A stretch of 64,000 nucleotides of DNA from Trypanosoma brucei (lineage: Eukaryota), in assembly GCA_000002445.1 (NCBI GenBank), contig CM000208.1, forward strand, positions 512,001-576,000, written 5' to 3'. The position numbers and the translations under genes were made by a program. Positions 18,884 to 30,010 of the stretch are shown piece by piece. The notes beneath the pieces are model-generated. The model did not search any database. It worked only from the letters and a program-made list of their open reading frames with translations, and had not been told where the DNA came from. Within the stretch, counting starts at the first letter, position 1; each line of letters starts with the position of its first letter.

Positions 18884-20725
18884 ATGCGGAGAGCCTTGTG
18901 GCTCACTGCAGGGGCTATTAATCGGTGGACGAGAGAAGATAATATTCTCCTTTTGGGGCATCGGGGATCTCACACGGAAGCAACTGTGCAGCTGCCGACG
19001 TTGTCACCGCTTGCCCGTGTAATAGGATGCATGGAGAGGAAAGACTTCGATGGGGTAGTGCGGTTCTACGAATCAGCTTTCCGGGAGGGTAATGTTACAC
19101 TGTGGGAGTTTGCAGGGGGCATTGTTCACGCGAGGGACATGGCACTCTGTCTCATGCGAACCTTTACTGAGTTGGGTCGCATGGATCGCGTTCGTGAAGT
19201 GTTCATGCTGGGACTCAGAGATCTACGGCCCGTCCATACTGTGGTGTCGTCCTCAATAACAGGGGCGAGGGAAGCATCGACAAGCCTTTCCTGTGGGAAA
19301 ACTGTGCCTTTTTCACTTGTCAATGCAAATTTCTTCAATGCGTATTTGGAGGTGCTCACAAAACGCAAAAATTTCTCCAGTGATGAGGTTGCATTTGTGT
19401 TGAAGGAGATGAAAGCAGCGGATGTGTCCCCCGATGCCCTAACGTACCACTACCTCGTTGAATTGCACATTCGAATGGGTGTTGATCCCACAGGATTGTG
19501 GAATGACATGCGGCAGGACTTTACGGTTCGGCCCCTTCCTTGCACTGTTCATACACTCCTCCTGCATGTAGTTCCTTCGGTAGCAGATCCCTCCTTTGTT
19601 GTGGATGTAACTCGTGAAGCCCTTCGGCATGGGAGTAGTGTGATGGATAAGCGGCTGATTTCAGAGATGATGGAACAATGGCTGCACAACGCGCAAGATT
19701 ATCCACCAGAGTATGTACTGTGGCTCATGTTTGAGCTGGAGCTTCGCTGTGTTGTTGACAAAGCGTCGTTTGTGCAGTTTGTGCAGAAGCGGCACGTAGC
19801 AGAGCTGCTTCAACGGTGTGCCAAGTGTGCGGATGCAGACACGGCCGGGAAAGTGCTTGCAATGATGGACCGCCATGTCATGACGAAGACGGCGGATATT
19901 CTCAGCCTTGTGGTGTGGTGTTGGGCTCAAGCACAGGAATTGGAGAAGGCATTCGACTTGTTGGAACTGATGGCACGTAAGGGACACCTTGAACTAACAG
20001 ATCCTTTTAGGAAATACACAGTCGATTGCCTCCGACAGGCGATGGACCGCCACTTTATGATTGCACTGGCGGATGCCGTAAGCTCTGTTTCCCTTCTCGA
20101 CAGAGTCATTTCACATTTGCGTTGTCGGCGGCAACGGGGGCAGACTGTTTCTGTTCATTCACTCGACCTTCTAGTACTTGCTGCGTCCAAACTGGGCGAG
20201 GAGCGGCGTGCTATGGCGCTTGTGGGAAGCTACGTGGCCGAATGGGGGGTGCAGCAGCGTACGAATACGTACAACTGTCTACTTGTTGGACTTGCCTCCC
20301 GACGCGGTGCGACGTTGCAGCGCACTATTTATGATGCAATGCAAGGGAACGGTGTTACCCCCAACGCATTTACATTCCGTATTCTTATCCGGCAGGCAGT
20401 ACTTGCTGACAGCATCGATGAGGCTATTGAGTTCCTGCAAAAAGTCACTTCTCACACCGGTTTAAGGGTTGAGGTGGAAATGATACTACCGATACTAGAG
20501 CGAGCTGCCCGTGCCGGAGATGCAGAAACTGTTAACCGTATTAGTAAGTTTGCACTTGACTGCGATATTGGCATCGATAGTGTCGTGCTCAACAATGTTG
20601 TGAAGTTGCTGACAGATGCTGGTCAGGATGTGGAGGTAATAAAGGGACACCAGCCACTGCATGAGGCTCTGCGGTCTCGTTCGAAGGCTGGGAGGCAGCG
20701 AGCCCGAAATGACATCGTCATTTGA
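18884..20725 (+). CDS. Pentatricopeptide-repeat (PPR)-like protein, probably mitochondrial
   Basis: 613 aa; N-terminus MRRALWLTAGAINRW looks like a presequence. Consecutive 35-aa PPR-like units, e.g. TYNCLLVGLASRRGATLQRTIYDAMQGNGVTPNAFTFRILIRQAVLADSIDEAIEFLQKV and LTYHYLVELHIRMGVDPTGLWNDM. Confidence 0.5.
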   Translation: MRRALWLTAGAINRWTREDNILLLGHRGSHTEATVQLPTLSPLARVIGCMERKDFDGVVRFYESAFREGNVTLWEFAGGIVHARDMALCLMRTFTELGRMDRVREVFMLGLRDLRPVHTVVSSSITGAREASTSLSCGKTVPFSLVNANFFNAYLEVLTKRKNFSSDEVAFVLKEMKAADVSPDALTYHYLVELHIRMGVDPTGLWNDMRQDFTVRPLPCTVHTLLLHVVPSVADPSFVVDVTREALRHGSSVMDKRLISEMMEQWLHNAQDYPPEYVLWLMFELELRCVVDKASFVQFVQKRHVAELLQRCAKCADADTAGKVLAMMDRHVMTKTADILSLVVWCWAQAQELEKAFDLLELMARKGHLELTDPFRKYTVDCLRQAMDRHFMIALADAVSSVSLLDRVISHLRCRRQRGQTVSVHSLDLLVLAASKLGEERRAMALVGSYVAEWGVQQRTNTYNCLLVGLASRRGATLQRTIYDAMQGNGVTPNAFTFRILIRQAVLADSIDEAIEFLQKVTSHTGLRVEVEMILPILERAARAGDAETVNRISKFALDCDIGIDSVVLNNVVKLLTDAGQDVEVIKGHQPLHEALRSRSKAGRQRARNDIVI

Positions 20726-21368
20726 TGTTGTAAGCGACAATGTCTTCAAGGTTTAGTGCATGTCCGACACTTGTGCTTCATCCACACGGGTGCTCTTTTT
20801 TTACTCCACTGACGTCGTATTCCAAGATTTCCGTTGTTCACCCAAATGATTTCACAGTCGTGTGCTCTTACGTGATACAGCTCAAACGCATATATATGTG
20901 TGTATATGTCCGCGTGAAGAGTGTTGTGCTGTATTCGCTGTGTGTTGGAAGACTTGGGGCGCAACTTCAGGGGTATCCACCCCAGTTTCCACCCCGCAGT
21001 TTTGACCTCCCACGACTTTCAGCTTCCCATAGTCACTGGCGTACGCATTTGTGCGCTCCCATGTTCTAACGTTTGCTATCATTCGGTGTTTGAGTGGAGG
21101 TCGCCGTCTTTTGATTTTGGGCACTTTTTGATGGCTGTAGCGTCAACAATCTCCCATCTGCCGACATATTTCTCACTTCCCTTCTCTTTTGTTTGCCAGC
21201 GGGTTATAAACAAGGTGTCGATAAGGAGAATTCGAGAAGGAAGGGAGTTGCAAGCACCGAATTGTATATTGGAGCTTGGTTAATCCTACTTGGCCGCCGG
21301 ACCCCGCAGCACTGTAAGGCTGGCATCCACAGTATACATATAGGGGTGCTTTTCCACTCACCACCGCG

Positions 21369-23990
21369 ATGCGGGCTAACGACATTGTGAAGGGTAGATA
21401 TTCCACATATCAGTTACAGGACCTTATTGGTAAGGGTGGTAATGCTGTTGTGTACAGCGCCGTCGACCGCAACACCGGGCTCATGGTTGCTGTCAAGAAA
21501 ATGGAGGTTCATGATGATGCAGCTATGGCTACGTGCCGGAATGAAGTGGCCATACTTAGCCACTTGAAGCATCCTTATGTCATCCGCTACATTGATCATG
21601 CACACTCTGGCAAGTCTTTTCTCATTGTTACCGAATTTGCGCTTGAACGTTCCCTATTGCAGAGACTGAAGCGTCACGGCCGGTGTGGTGAGCTGGAGGT
21701 GGCCCGTTTCATGTTTCAGATAACTTCTGCGTTGGCTTACTTGCACAAAGAGAAGATCGTGCACCGTGATATAAAATGCGCCAACGTACTCTTGGGTGCA
21801 GCTGAAGTTGTTAAGTTATCGGATTTTGGTTTGGCTGTGAACCTTGGTGCCGTACACGGAGACACAAATGATGAAGAGGATGGCTTGCTGTCAAGCAGCG
21901 CAGTGTGTGATGGGGATGGTAAATCTGTCGCAGAAGAAGGTATAGTGGGTTCTGTGTATTGGATGGCTCCCGAAGCTGTGCGGGGTGAGCCACCTGCAGA
22001 GAGTTGCGACATTTGGTCGCTTGGGTGCCTTTGCATTGAACTATTGACAGGTAACCCACCCTTCTTTGATCGTAAACCTGCCAACGCATTGTATTGTATA
22101 AGCGAAACGGATGAAACACCAATACCTACCATGGATGTGTCGGAGGAGTGCCGCAATTTCTTGACACAGTGTCTTGACAGGGACGCGTCTAAGCGGCCGA
22201 CCGCAGCGGCGTTGTTGAAGCACGGATGGTTTGGTGGCTTCCTTGCGGAGAACATTGTAAAAACACTCGCAGACACTCAGGTTGATGGCACTACCTCTGA
22301 CCAGGTGGCTAGTAATTCCGAAGCGATTAAGAGTTGGGTGGAGAATAACCTCTTTAACGAGCGTGCGGAGCAACGTGAGGAATGGCTCAGGAGTGGGTGC
22401 CTGAAGAGAGTCGTTGCAGTACTACCGAAGGTGACACCAAAGGTTTCTTTTCACATAATTCGCACCTTTGTTTTTGCCGCACAGCGTTGTCGTACGGAGT
22501 CAAGCTGTTTTCTAACCCGGCTCGGCGAAGCCGATCTGTGGGACAGTGCGCAGCTTGGAGTTCTTGGGAAGGCCGAATCACTTGGCGCGCTTTTTGTTTG
22601 TTGCTGTGAGCGACAAGACCCACGCGTGCTGCAGTATGCTCCTACTCACCCGGGGGCACTCTGGTTCCTTTTGCAGTGTGCGGAGGTTGATGTTGCGATC
22701 ATGTGCATTGACGCTCTGCGCGCCCTGCTCGTAGGAACGGCCGGTGAGGAGGAAGAAAACCGAGCTTCCTTTTCGTCACGCCCCGAGGTTGCTTCCACAA
22801 ACGTGGAGAATATAACGTTTCGTCGCTACGTCTCTCAGAACCGTTTCGTTTCTGACCACGCCGTTTACGCTGTTCAGCGCATTATAGAGGACATATGCTA
22901 CGACGCATTCCGTGGTGACAAGGATCCCGCTGTCGGGTGGCAGAATATCGACAAACTTTTTGAAATACTTTTACAGGTGTACAGGAAGGCAGGAGACGAG
23001 AGTATTATACTAGGCCCGAGTGTGAGTGGTGCACGGCAGGACGACCCTCAAGATTCACCCAAGGGGGGCACAGGTGGTTCTGTGGCTGCCACCGCGACAG
23101 CTGCTGTTGCTGTATCGACTTCCATAGTAGGGGGAGGGGGTGGAGCAGCATCAGCTATGGGAGATCCCGCTGGAAGCGCGGCCACGGCCACAACTAGTGC
23201 GCCCTCATCAGGTGAAGCAGGCAGGAAACCCATCAATCCTCATATCCACTCCCCCTGCAGCCCCAACGCCGGTGGAGTTAACACCAGCAGCGTCGTTGTT
23301 GGCATTGCCAGTGCCTGCGGTAAAGGTGGAAAACCAGCGGAGGAGCTGTGGTTGTTAGCGTTGCAGGAGGCGAGCCGAAAACTCTGTCCGAATGCCATTG
23401 AACTTCTTATGCAGTACGTTCATCTTGCTGCTCGCAATGATCTCAAATCCCTTAACATCGGCGGTAAAGCCATTGCAGGCACGTTTCTTGTCGTTGCTTC
23501 CAACGCTTCTGTTGACACGGCCACGCGCATTACAGTGCTCAAGTGCCTCCCCGCCTTACAATGTGCATCCCCAAAGGCAGCCAACTTTATGAGAGACGTG
23601 CGATGTAGTGTTCCACTCTTAGTGCACACGGCAAAGAATATCCCGGTGCCAGCGGAGGCGCGAGACGATGAGGTGTTGAAGGTCCTTTTCGCTCTCTGCG
23701 AGGACAACAGGGTTGCTGCAGCCTTCGCCTCTTACGGTGCTTTTATTGCGATCGCAATTGACCGCGCTACGCTTGCATGTGAGCGACAGCGCTGGGCGGA
23801 AGTCACTTTAGCTGTGCGGTTTGTAGAGCTTTTGCTCGCGCACGCCACAGACACCTCGTGCATACTAGAGTCCCATGCTTTGCTGCGTTTGCTGCTGAAG
23901 CTTTCCGATGGAGACAAGTTTCCATCGATAGTAACATCTGTGGCGCAGCGATTATTAAACAGTTTGCAGGCACAGACAAATGTGGGATGA
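21369..23990 (+). CDS. Ser/Thr protein kinase with long C-terminal ARM/HEAT-like extension
   Basis: Kinase subdomains: IGKGGNAVVYSAV (Gly loop), AVKKM (VAIK), HRDIKCANVLL (catalytic loop), SDFGLA (DFG), GSVYWMAPE (APE). A Gly/Ala/Ser-rich low-complexity block lies at 23040-23340. 873 aa. Confidence 0.88.
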   Translation: MRANDIVKGRYSTYQLQDLIGKGGNAVVYSAVDRNTGLMVAVKKMEVHDDAAMATCRNEVAILSHLKHPYVIRYIDHAHSGKSFLIVTEFALERSLLQRLKRHGRCGELEVARFMFQITSALAYLHKEKIVHRDIKCANVLLGAAEVVKLSDFGLAVNLGAVHGDTNDEEDGLLSSSAVCDGDGKSVAEEGIVGSVYWMAPEAVRGEPPAESCDIWSLGCLCIELLTGNPPFFDRKPANALYCISETDETPIPTMDVSEECRNFLTQCLDRDASKRPTAAALLKHGWFGGFLAENIVKTLADTQVDGTTSDQVASNSEAIKSWVENNLFNERAEQREEWLRSGCLKRVVAVLPKVTPKVSFHIIRTFVFAAQRCRTESSCFLTRLGEADLWDSAQLGVLGKAESLGALFVCCCERQDPRVLQYAPTHPGALWFLLQCAEVDVAIMCIDALRALLVGTAGEEEENRASFSSRPEVASTNVENITFRRYVSQNRFVSDHAVYAVQRIIEDICYDAFRGDKDPAVGWQNIDKLFEILLQVYRKAGDESIILGPSVSGARQDDPQDSPKGGTGGSVAATATAAVAVSTSIVGGGGGAASAMGDPAGSAATATTSAPSSGEAGRKPINPHIHSPCSPNAGGVNTSSVVVGIASACGKGGKPAEELWLLALQEASRKLCPNAIELLMQYVHLAARNDLKSLNIGGKAIAGTFLVVASNASVDTATRITVLKCLPALQCASPKAANFMRDVRCSVPLLVHTAKNIPVPAEARDDEVLKVLFALCEDNRVAAAFASYGAFIAIAIDRATLACERQRWAEVTLAVRFVELLLAHATDTSCILESHALLRLLLKLSDGDKFPSIVTSVAQRLLNSLQAQTNVG

Positions 23991-25105
23991 GGCGGGTCAT
24001 GATCCTCATAAACTGGAGCGTTGCATCGTGGCGATGGGTAAAAACAGTACCTGTACAGCGGCACCAATTCAAAACCATCCACATCAGATGAAGCTACAGA
24101 CAGGTAGTGACCAATATGAGGTCAGGTAGATGGGCTAAAAAACAATTTGAAAGGAGTGACACACGTGTCGGTGTGCGTTTGTGTGAAAGAGGACGATCGC
24201 GCCCCCTTTCGATGTCGTCTTTTTTTTTTTTTTGACTTTCTGTGCTTCGCCAGTTTTGTTGTTTTCATAATCACTCTTTTTTGATGTCTCCTCGCGTTTG
24301 CACCAGCAACTACGGCCTCTGGGAACGTGGTTTGGAGGAAAGTAGTCATGCTGGCTCCGGTTACAATAAAAATAGAAGAAAGCAGTAAGTGAACGAGGGT
24401 GAAATCCCTGGTTGCGCACACCACTGAATGTGAAGGGGAAGCTGGGTAATCCCTCAGAGGGATGTTGCTCTGTATGAGTTTGTTCACGCCTGTTCATTAC
24501 TAATTATTTTTATTTATGATGTTAGACGGATCGGTTTTAATATATGACGAGCGGTTTCGGCAGCCCTGTAGGCGGCGACCGCACATGTGTAAGATTTGTG
24601 GTTTGGCCAACCCTCCAGTTACATGCATTAACGTACACGTATGCAACATTTATACAAGCTTTCATACGTCTTGACCGATTGTCCACACATCCAGGCTACA
24701 CTTGCCCACTTTGTAGTTGTGAATGGCCACTGATGAGTGCAAAACTCATCGCTTGTAGGTGGTCACGTGCACTTTTTCCCCTTGTCGATATCCGTGAGGT
24801 CCCTCCACCCACCCATCCACACCTCTGCAGAGCTCCATCTAAACCCTTACTCGACTCCTATGTTTTGTACATCTTTCTATGCGTGTTTTTTTTTCTTAAC
24901 CTTCCTTCTTATTGCTGCCTATCACGCTTCCCCGCATCCTCGACAAAATGAGGGGAAGGGGCAACGCGGCGATAGGCTTTCCTTAGTGCCATAGACACAA
25001 ACAACCCCGCATATATACATTAGTTGGTCGGCAGGGTCCCGGTGAACCGCCAGGGGAAAGTTAAAAAGAAGTGGTCTTCGCTGCCCGTATTACCGTGCGC
25101 TCTTC

Positions 25106-26344
25106 ATGTTCCGAGGTAGTGGGGCGCGTAAGTGTTGCTCCTCTTCCTTTCTTTATCGCACCGCCCCCACTTCGGCGGCCACTGGCACTTCCCCACCTTC
25201 GCTGGTGACGGTCCCCCTGCTACGTGCCGCTCTGCTTCTTCGGTGGCGTTTGCTTTCGCTGCAGTTCGATGGAGACTCAAATATGTGTGTTCTCGCAGAA
25301 GACGCCGCCGATGGTCTTCCACGTGGAACACGGCTTGAAATGTACGGTTCAAATGTTCAACTTGTCCGACAGCTCAGCGGTGCTGGCGAAGCATTGCTTC
25401 AACCTTCCGTCATCGGTGAAGTCACCGCAACCCTGGAGGGTGCGCTTACTGACGATACAACGGAAAGGCGAGGGAGGCAGATTGTTGCTGTGTTATCCCC
25501 ACCACACCTCTCGTCATCGCTAGGGGGGCCCGAATTTAAAGGAAATGAAGATGTTGAGGTAATTGCACAGTGGACTCTATCGCGGAAGCGTGTTGAGAAT
25601 GTGCAAAGAGTAACAGACACGACCAAAAGAGACGGGGTCAAAAATGAGGAGCCACCGCCGCTGATGGAGAACGGCATTGTGTTTCCCTCTCCACGTTTTG
25701 CAGGCCTTAGGGTCCTGCGTGCCGCACGGCACTCGTTCGCGCTTTTGCTTGAGAATGAACTGCGGGAGAGGACGGGGGAAAGTGAAGTAGGGAAGGTAGG
25801 ACCACTCGCTGTTCTTGATGTTAGCGAGTTGGATTGCACTTTTAGTCGGGTTGCGGTGCAGATGGCTGTGGAGCGCGGCCTTGTTCTGGAGCAACACATG
25901 CATGTTAATTTTGTTCCTCTCACACCTGCTGCCACTGCTACTGCTGATGAAACTGTCCGAAGTCTTCTCCGCCTTGTGGCGCACCCCACACGCGGCGCTC
26001 ATTTAGATCCACTTCGCCCGCTACAAGCGCGCTGTTTCAAACTCGGATGTTGCACTTTTTGTAGTAAAGGTCGTGGTAGTGCTGCCAACGAAGGCTCGAA
26101 GAAGGATGAAGCCTCTCTGGTTTCGCGGTTGGCGGGTGTGATTTCAAAGATTCACAGCAATGGGACCCTGCTCGTGAACCTTGTTGGCGATGGCATCAAC
26201 CATGAGGAGTTGCGACAAGGTGCAGAAATGCATCTTGTGGAGGCGCTTCTGCGCGCTGACAGGTGTGGTGTGGTAATAGACGAGGTGTTACCAGCGGCCG
26301 ATACACGCGGTACGGCCATATCTTTCGTTGTCTCACTTTGTTGA
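25106..26344 (+). CDS. Hypothetical protein (start uncertain; alternative ATGs at ~25283/25340)
   Basis: 412-aa ORF downstream of a polyY tract (24870-24930). N-terminal ~60 aa are low-complexity. No recognisable domain. Confidence 0.4.
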   Translation: MFRGSGARKCCSSSFLYRTAPTSAATGTSPPSLVTVPLLRAALLLRWRLLSLQFDGDSNMCVLAEDAADGLPRGTRLEMYGSNVQLVRQLSGAGEALLQPSVIGEVTATLEGALTDDTTERRGRQIVAVLSPPHLSSSLGGPEFKGNEDVEVIAQWTLSRKRVENVQRVTDTTKRDGVKNEEPPPLMENGIVFPSPRFAGLRVLRAARHSFALLLENELRERTGESEVGKVGPLAVLDVSELDCTFSRVAVQMAVERGLVLEQHMHVNFVPLTPAATATADETVRSLLRLVAHPTRGAHLDPLRPLQARCFKLGCCTFCSKGRGSAANEGSKKDEASLVSRLAGVISKIHSNGTLLVNLVGDGINHEELRQGAEMHLVEALLRADRCGVVIDEVLPAADTRGTAISFVVSLC

Positions 26345-26774
26345 AGCAATTCCTCGGCAAGAGATGCGTCCTTCCTGTCTTATTTCATTTCGTGCCCGGG
26401 GGAAACCGGTGTCTCTGTCACATATTCGGTTGGTTTCAGTGTTCTCTGCAGACGCCAATCCCTCTCTCGTATTTATTGCATGATATATATATATATATAT
26501 CCTATGCGTTTATACTATCGTCGACAGTTCAAGACTCATTACCCTAGCCCTTCATCTATTGTGTGCACAAGCGCGCATTTACATGTATCTAACATTTTGC
26601 CGTCGATCAACCTCGTTCCCCCTTCCCCTCGTGGATTATTTCAAAACAAGCGTAGTAAGTATACCCGCACCCCCAAATACAGTTACCTCTGTTTGATCCC
26701 GTGTCAACCAACGGAAGGAAGGGAAGAAAGGCGGAGAAACAGGGTACGAGGGTAAGAAGTAGTACATCGTGGCC

Positions 26775-29675
26775 ATGTTGTCGAACACGGGAGGTTACTC
26801 ACGGCATTCCCATGTTCTTGGGTTTCGTAAGGATGCCGCGACATTGCAGTGTGCTCTGTGCCCCGCTCTGCGTGCAAAGGGTCGGTGTAAAGCTTACCAG
26901 TTGGAAACGAGGCTTCGAGCGGAATTAGCGGCTCAGAAAGAACGGGAATTGCGTACGACGGCCATGCAGTTGTACTCATTGCAAGAGGAGATACTTCAAA
27001 GGGGGAGGGAGCAAGGCGTGGACACTTCTGAGGGTGATAAACAAGCGGTTGTGGAAAAAATTGTGGGGGAGTTAAAGAAGGAACAATCATACGTGAGGTG
27101 GAATCTCGATGTTGAGGTCGTTGAGCGCATGACGTTGTTGCGCACCAGGCCCTGTAGGTACTCCCATCAGCGGGATCTCCTCACTGTCCTGAAGCCACGG
27201 AAAGGTACGGCAAAGCTTGGAAGCAAACATATGGAGAAGGCCCAAGGGGAACTTGGCGCAGCGGCCTCCGGTGGGGCGGAGAATCGGCTTTCGGAGGAAC
27301 ATAGACGAATCTTTGAAGGACTTTCACCATTACAGAAGTGTGTCGTTTGCTTACTATGGCAGCGTACCTTTGAGATACCTCAGAAGGTAGTTTGTGATGT
27401 GCGGCGCCAGGTGGAGGTCGAAAGGGGGTACGACTCTGATGACCAAGAAGATGCTGCTGTTGTGGATGCTGCGATTGAGGAAGAGGAGCGGCGTGTTGTG
27501 ACCGTCACAACGTGTCGTTTATCAATCGGTTCCGTTGACCTGTCATCACTCCCATCGGTTGCCGCATACATAGCTCGGCATCCCAACGAGCCTATCATCC
27601 GTACTGAGACTTGGGAGCATTTTACGGTGTGGGATGCGAAGAGCAAATCCAGGCGGTCTGCCTTACTACCATCCAGTTTGACAGAAAAACAGGTGGATCT
27701 CAGCACAGCCGCTTGTGCGCACGAGGTGATGGGGGCTGTTGTGTGGGCGCTACGCACTATGGATGAAGAGAGGAGGCTTCAAAGCGATCCCAATGAACGA
27801 AGGCAGGAACGTTCGAGACAACAGCGCCACACTCAGGGGAAATCGGCAGCTGTAGTTCTTCGAACTTTAACGTTACGTCGATGCTCCATTACAGCAGCAG
27901 ATGCTCTCGTTGCTGCTCTTCGCAAGTACAAGTTGGATACCACGCTTCTCGCACTCGACGTGAGCGACAATAGGCTGATGTGTCTCCGTTTCCTCTTTGC
28001 GCTGCGTGCACACTTTGCAGAACGGTTGCTTCGACTTTCGCTAGCGAATAACCCAATCACCCGCAAACCAGATTACCGAGAACAAGTTCGCAAGTCACTG
28101 CCTAAACTTACGAGCCTTGACGGTGTCGCAATACGGCGCCCGCCGCTGCGGTTTCCACATCCGTCGCTACTCTCGTATACTTTAGCAGGCGGAGCTGCCA
28201 CTGCTTCCGCAACCTCCACCACTGTGCGACCAAAAGAGCACAGTACGATGAGTGACACTGAATTAGAGCAAGTGATGGATGCAGTCTCACGGTTCTTCTA
28301 CATATGGGAAACACGCCGTGTTCCGTGGACAGCCGCGGAACTGCGACACATCAGAGATCAGGGAGGGACCCGATGCCGTGGGAGAAACAAGGTGTCAAAG
28401 AGGCGCCGTGGAGAAGGCACTGGGCTAGCTATTACTTCTTTGGAAGACGGTGAGGAGGAGCCGTGTGTTCCGCCCGAAGAAGACCTCGACGATGACAATT
28501 TTCACCACCGTTATTTGCACCCTTATGCTACGTTCTCGTTGAGCGTTCACGAAGGTCTTTCATTTTTCGCATCAGATATCATGCGAGTAGATGCAGAGGT
28601 GGAGATGGATAAAAACTACACTGGGATGCGCCTCTCATCACTCGACGCTTCTGAGCTTCGGGTATTCGACGTGTCAATGAAGAACAGTAGTCGCAATTTA
28701 CTTTTAGGGCGTTCCGTGTTGCATCGTCACGCTCGGGGATCGCTTAGCTGTTACACGGCGTATAAGTGTACTTTGTATCCGCCCTCGTTGTCTGTGTGCC
28801 ATCACTTCCCCGCTGCTGTTGTCTCAGCGTCGAAAATTATCTGTGCGGCTGTGAATGCAGAGCCACGTAAGCAACAGCGTCAAGAAAAGCAGAATTCTCA
28901 TCGGAAGCAATCAAAGGGAGACACTGGTAATGCACACGAAAGCAAAACAGGCGCTACCGTGTTTTTTCCCAACCGCACCCGTAAGCCGACGTTTTATACC
29001 GTAACGATACACGGTTTGATGACCTGGCGAGCTCCCAGCATGAAGCGGTGTGAATGTGTTCGTGCTGCGTATGACCGTGTTATGACACTCGTGGAGAACA
29101 CAGTGTATGGGGAGGACACCGTTGAGGGTCGGCGGAGCGCGCCACTGTTGATTTTCAACGACCAACTGCATCTTCGCCCAGCAGGGAGATGTGATGACGC
29201 GACTACGGTTTGTCATGTGACGCCAACGCTTGAGTATGTGACACGGCTTGTGGTGGAGTTCGGGTTAGAAGCGTGTGTGGATGGGGCGAGGCTTGTGCGG
29301 GCGGTGGCGGAGCGGTCGACAAGCGACGCCTCGACACACGCCGCGTTGACAGTGTTAGTATTTGGATCTGTGGAGTCATGTGAGAGCAAAGGGGAAGAGG
29401 TGGGATCACCAAATGTGAGTGCTTCTGGTACTGTTCATAGTACTGCTGTTGATCACGATGATCCCACTAATGGCGTCGAGCAAACTCTTCCCCACTTTGA
29501 TATCTATTCAGTGCTTACCTCAGAGAATTGGACAGTAGCGGACAATGGTTGTGCAGTTGTTGAATGCCCACCACATAGGGTGACGCTTGCGGATGTGGAT
29601 GCGGCGGTGGCAGCAAGTAACAGCCGCTACACGTTTTCGTTCAGCGTGGAAAAGGGAGAGTTGGGCGGAACGTGA
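26775..29675 (+). CDS. Hypothetical protein with a leucine-rich-repeat segment (~967 aa)
   Basis: The track starts at a GTG at 26769; first ATG at 26775. LRR-like: LALDVSDNRLMCLRFLFALRAHFAERLLRLSLANNPITRKPDYREQVRKSLPKLTSLDGVAI. Continuous frame of 2.9 kb. Confidence 0.6.
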   Translation: MLSNTGGYSRHSHVLGFRKDAATLQCALCPALRAKGRCKAYQLETRLRAELAAQKERELRTTAMQLYSLQEEILQRGREQGVDTSEGDKQAVVEKIVGELKKEQSYVRWNLDVEVVERMTLLRTRPCRYSHQRDLLTVLKPRKGTAKLGSKHMEKAQGELGAAASGGAENRLSEEHRRIFEGLSPLQKCVVCLLWQRTFEIPQKVVCDVRRQVEVERGYDSDDQEDAAVVDAAIEEEERRVVTVTTCRLSIGSVDLSSLPSVAAYIARHPNEPIIRTETWEHFTVWDAKSKSRRSALLPSSLTEKQVDLSTAACAHEVMGAVVWALRTMDEERRLQSDPNERRQERSRQQRHTQGKSAAVVLRTLTLRRCSITAADALVAALRKYKLDTTLLALDVSDNRLMCLRFLFALRAHFAERLLRLSLANNPITRKPDYREQVRKSLPKLTSLDGVAIRRPPLRFPHPSLLSYTLAGGAATASATSTTVRPKEHSTMSDTELEQVMDAVSRFFYIWETRRVPWTAAELRHIRDQGGTRCRGRNKVSKRRRGEGTGLAITSLEDGEEEPCVPPEEDLDDDNFHHRYLHPYATFSLSVHEGLSFFASDIMRVDAEVEMDKNYTGMRLSSLDASELRVFDVSMKNSSRNLLLGRSVLHRHARGSLSCYTAYKCTLYPPSLSVCHHFPAAVVSASKIICAAVNAEPRKQQRQEKQNSHRKQSKGDTGNAHESKTGATVFFPNRTRKPTFYTVTIHGLMTWRAPSMKRCECVRAAYDRVMTLVENTVYGEDTVEGRRSAPLLIFNDQLHLRPAGRCDDATTVCHVTPTLEYVTRLVVEFGLEACVDGARLVRAVAERSTSDASTHAALTVLVFGSVESCESKGEEVGSPNVSASGTVHSTAVDHDDPTNGVEQTLPHFDIYSVLTSENWTVADNGCAVVECPPHRVTLADVDAAVAASNSRYTFSFSVEKGELGGT

Positions 29676-30010
29676 ATTGATGCGTCGACTGGTAGCTAGA
29701 ATCTTCCATAAGCGAAACAAACTGTGTTAAGTGACCTCTTTTGGCTTGATTCAGTGAACGTAGGAGCGCTGAACGTGGAAGGGAGGCGCTGGTGCAGCTA
29801 CCTTTATTCTCCAATATAAATTGTTACCGAGTAATAAACTTTTTTTTGTATGTCGCAAAGGACATGTCTAATTAGGTGTGCACTTCACTTCTTACATTGT
29901 ACAATCGCTTACGATAACAGTGGTTTGAAAAATATTTTCTTCCTTTATTTTTTTCACTGTTGACACCTTTTTTTATGTTGTTACAATGCTATTAGAGCCA
30001 GCGGGGGCAC

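Noticed and set aside
24100-25100. Short + strand ORFs 24544-24951 and 24737-24994 in the spacer between the kinase and the next gene
   Set aside because: Low-complexity, Cys/Phe/Leu-rich translations spanning a polypyrimidine tract. No start context and no homology. Most likely UTR/intergenic.
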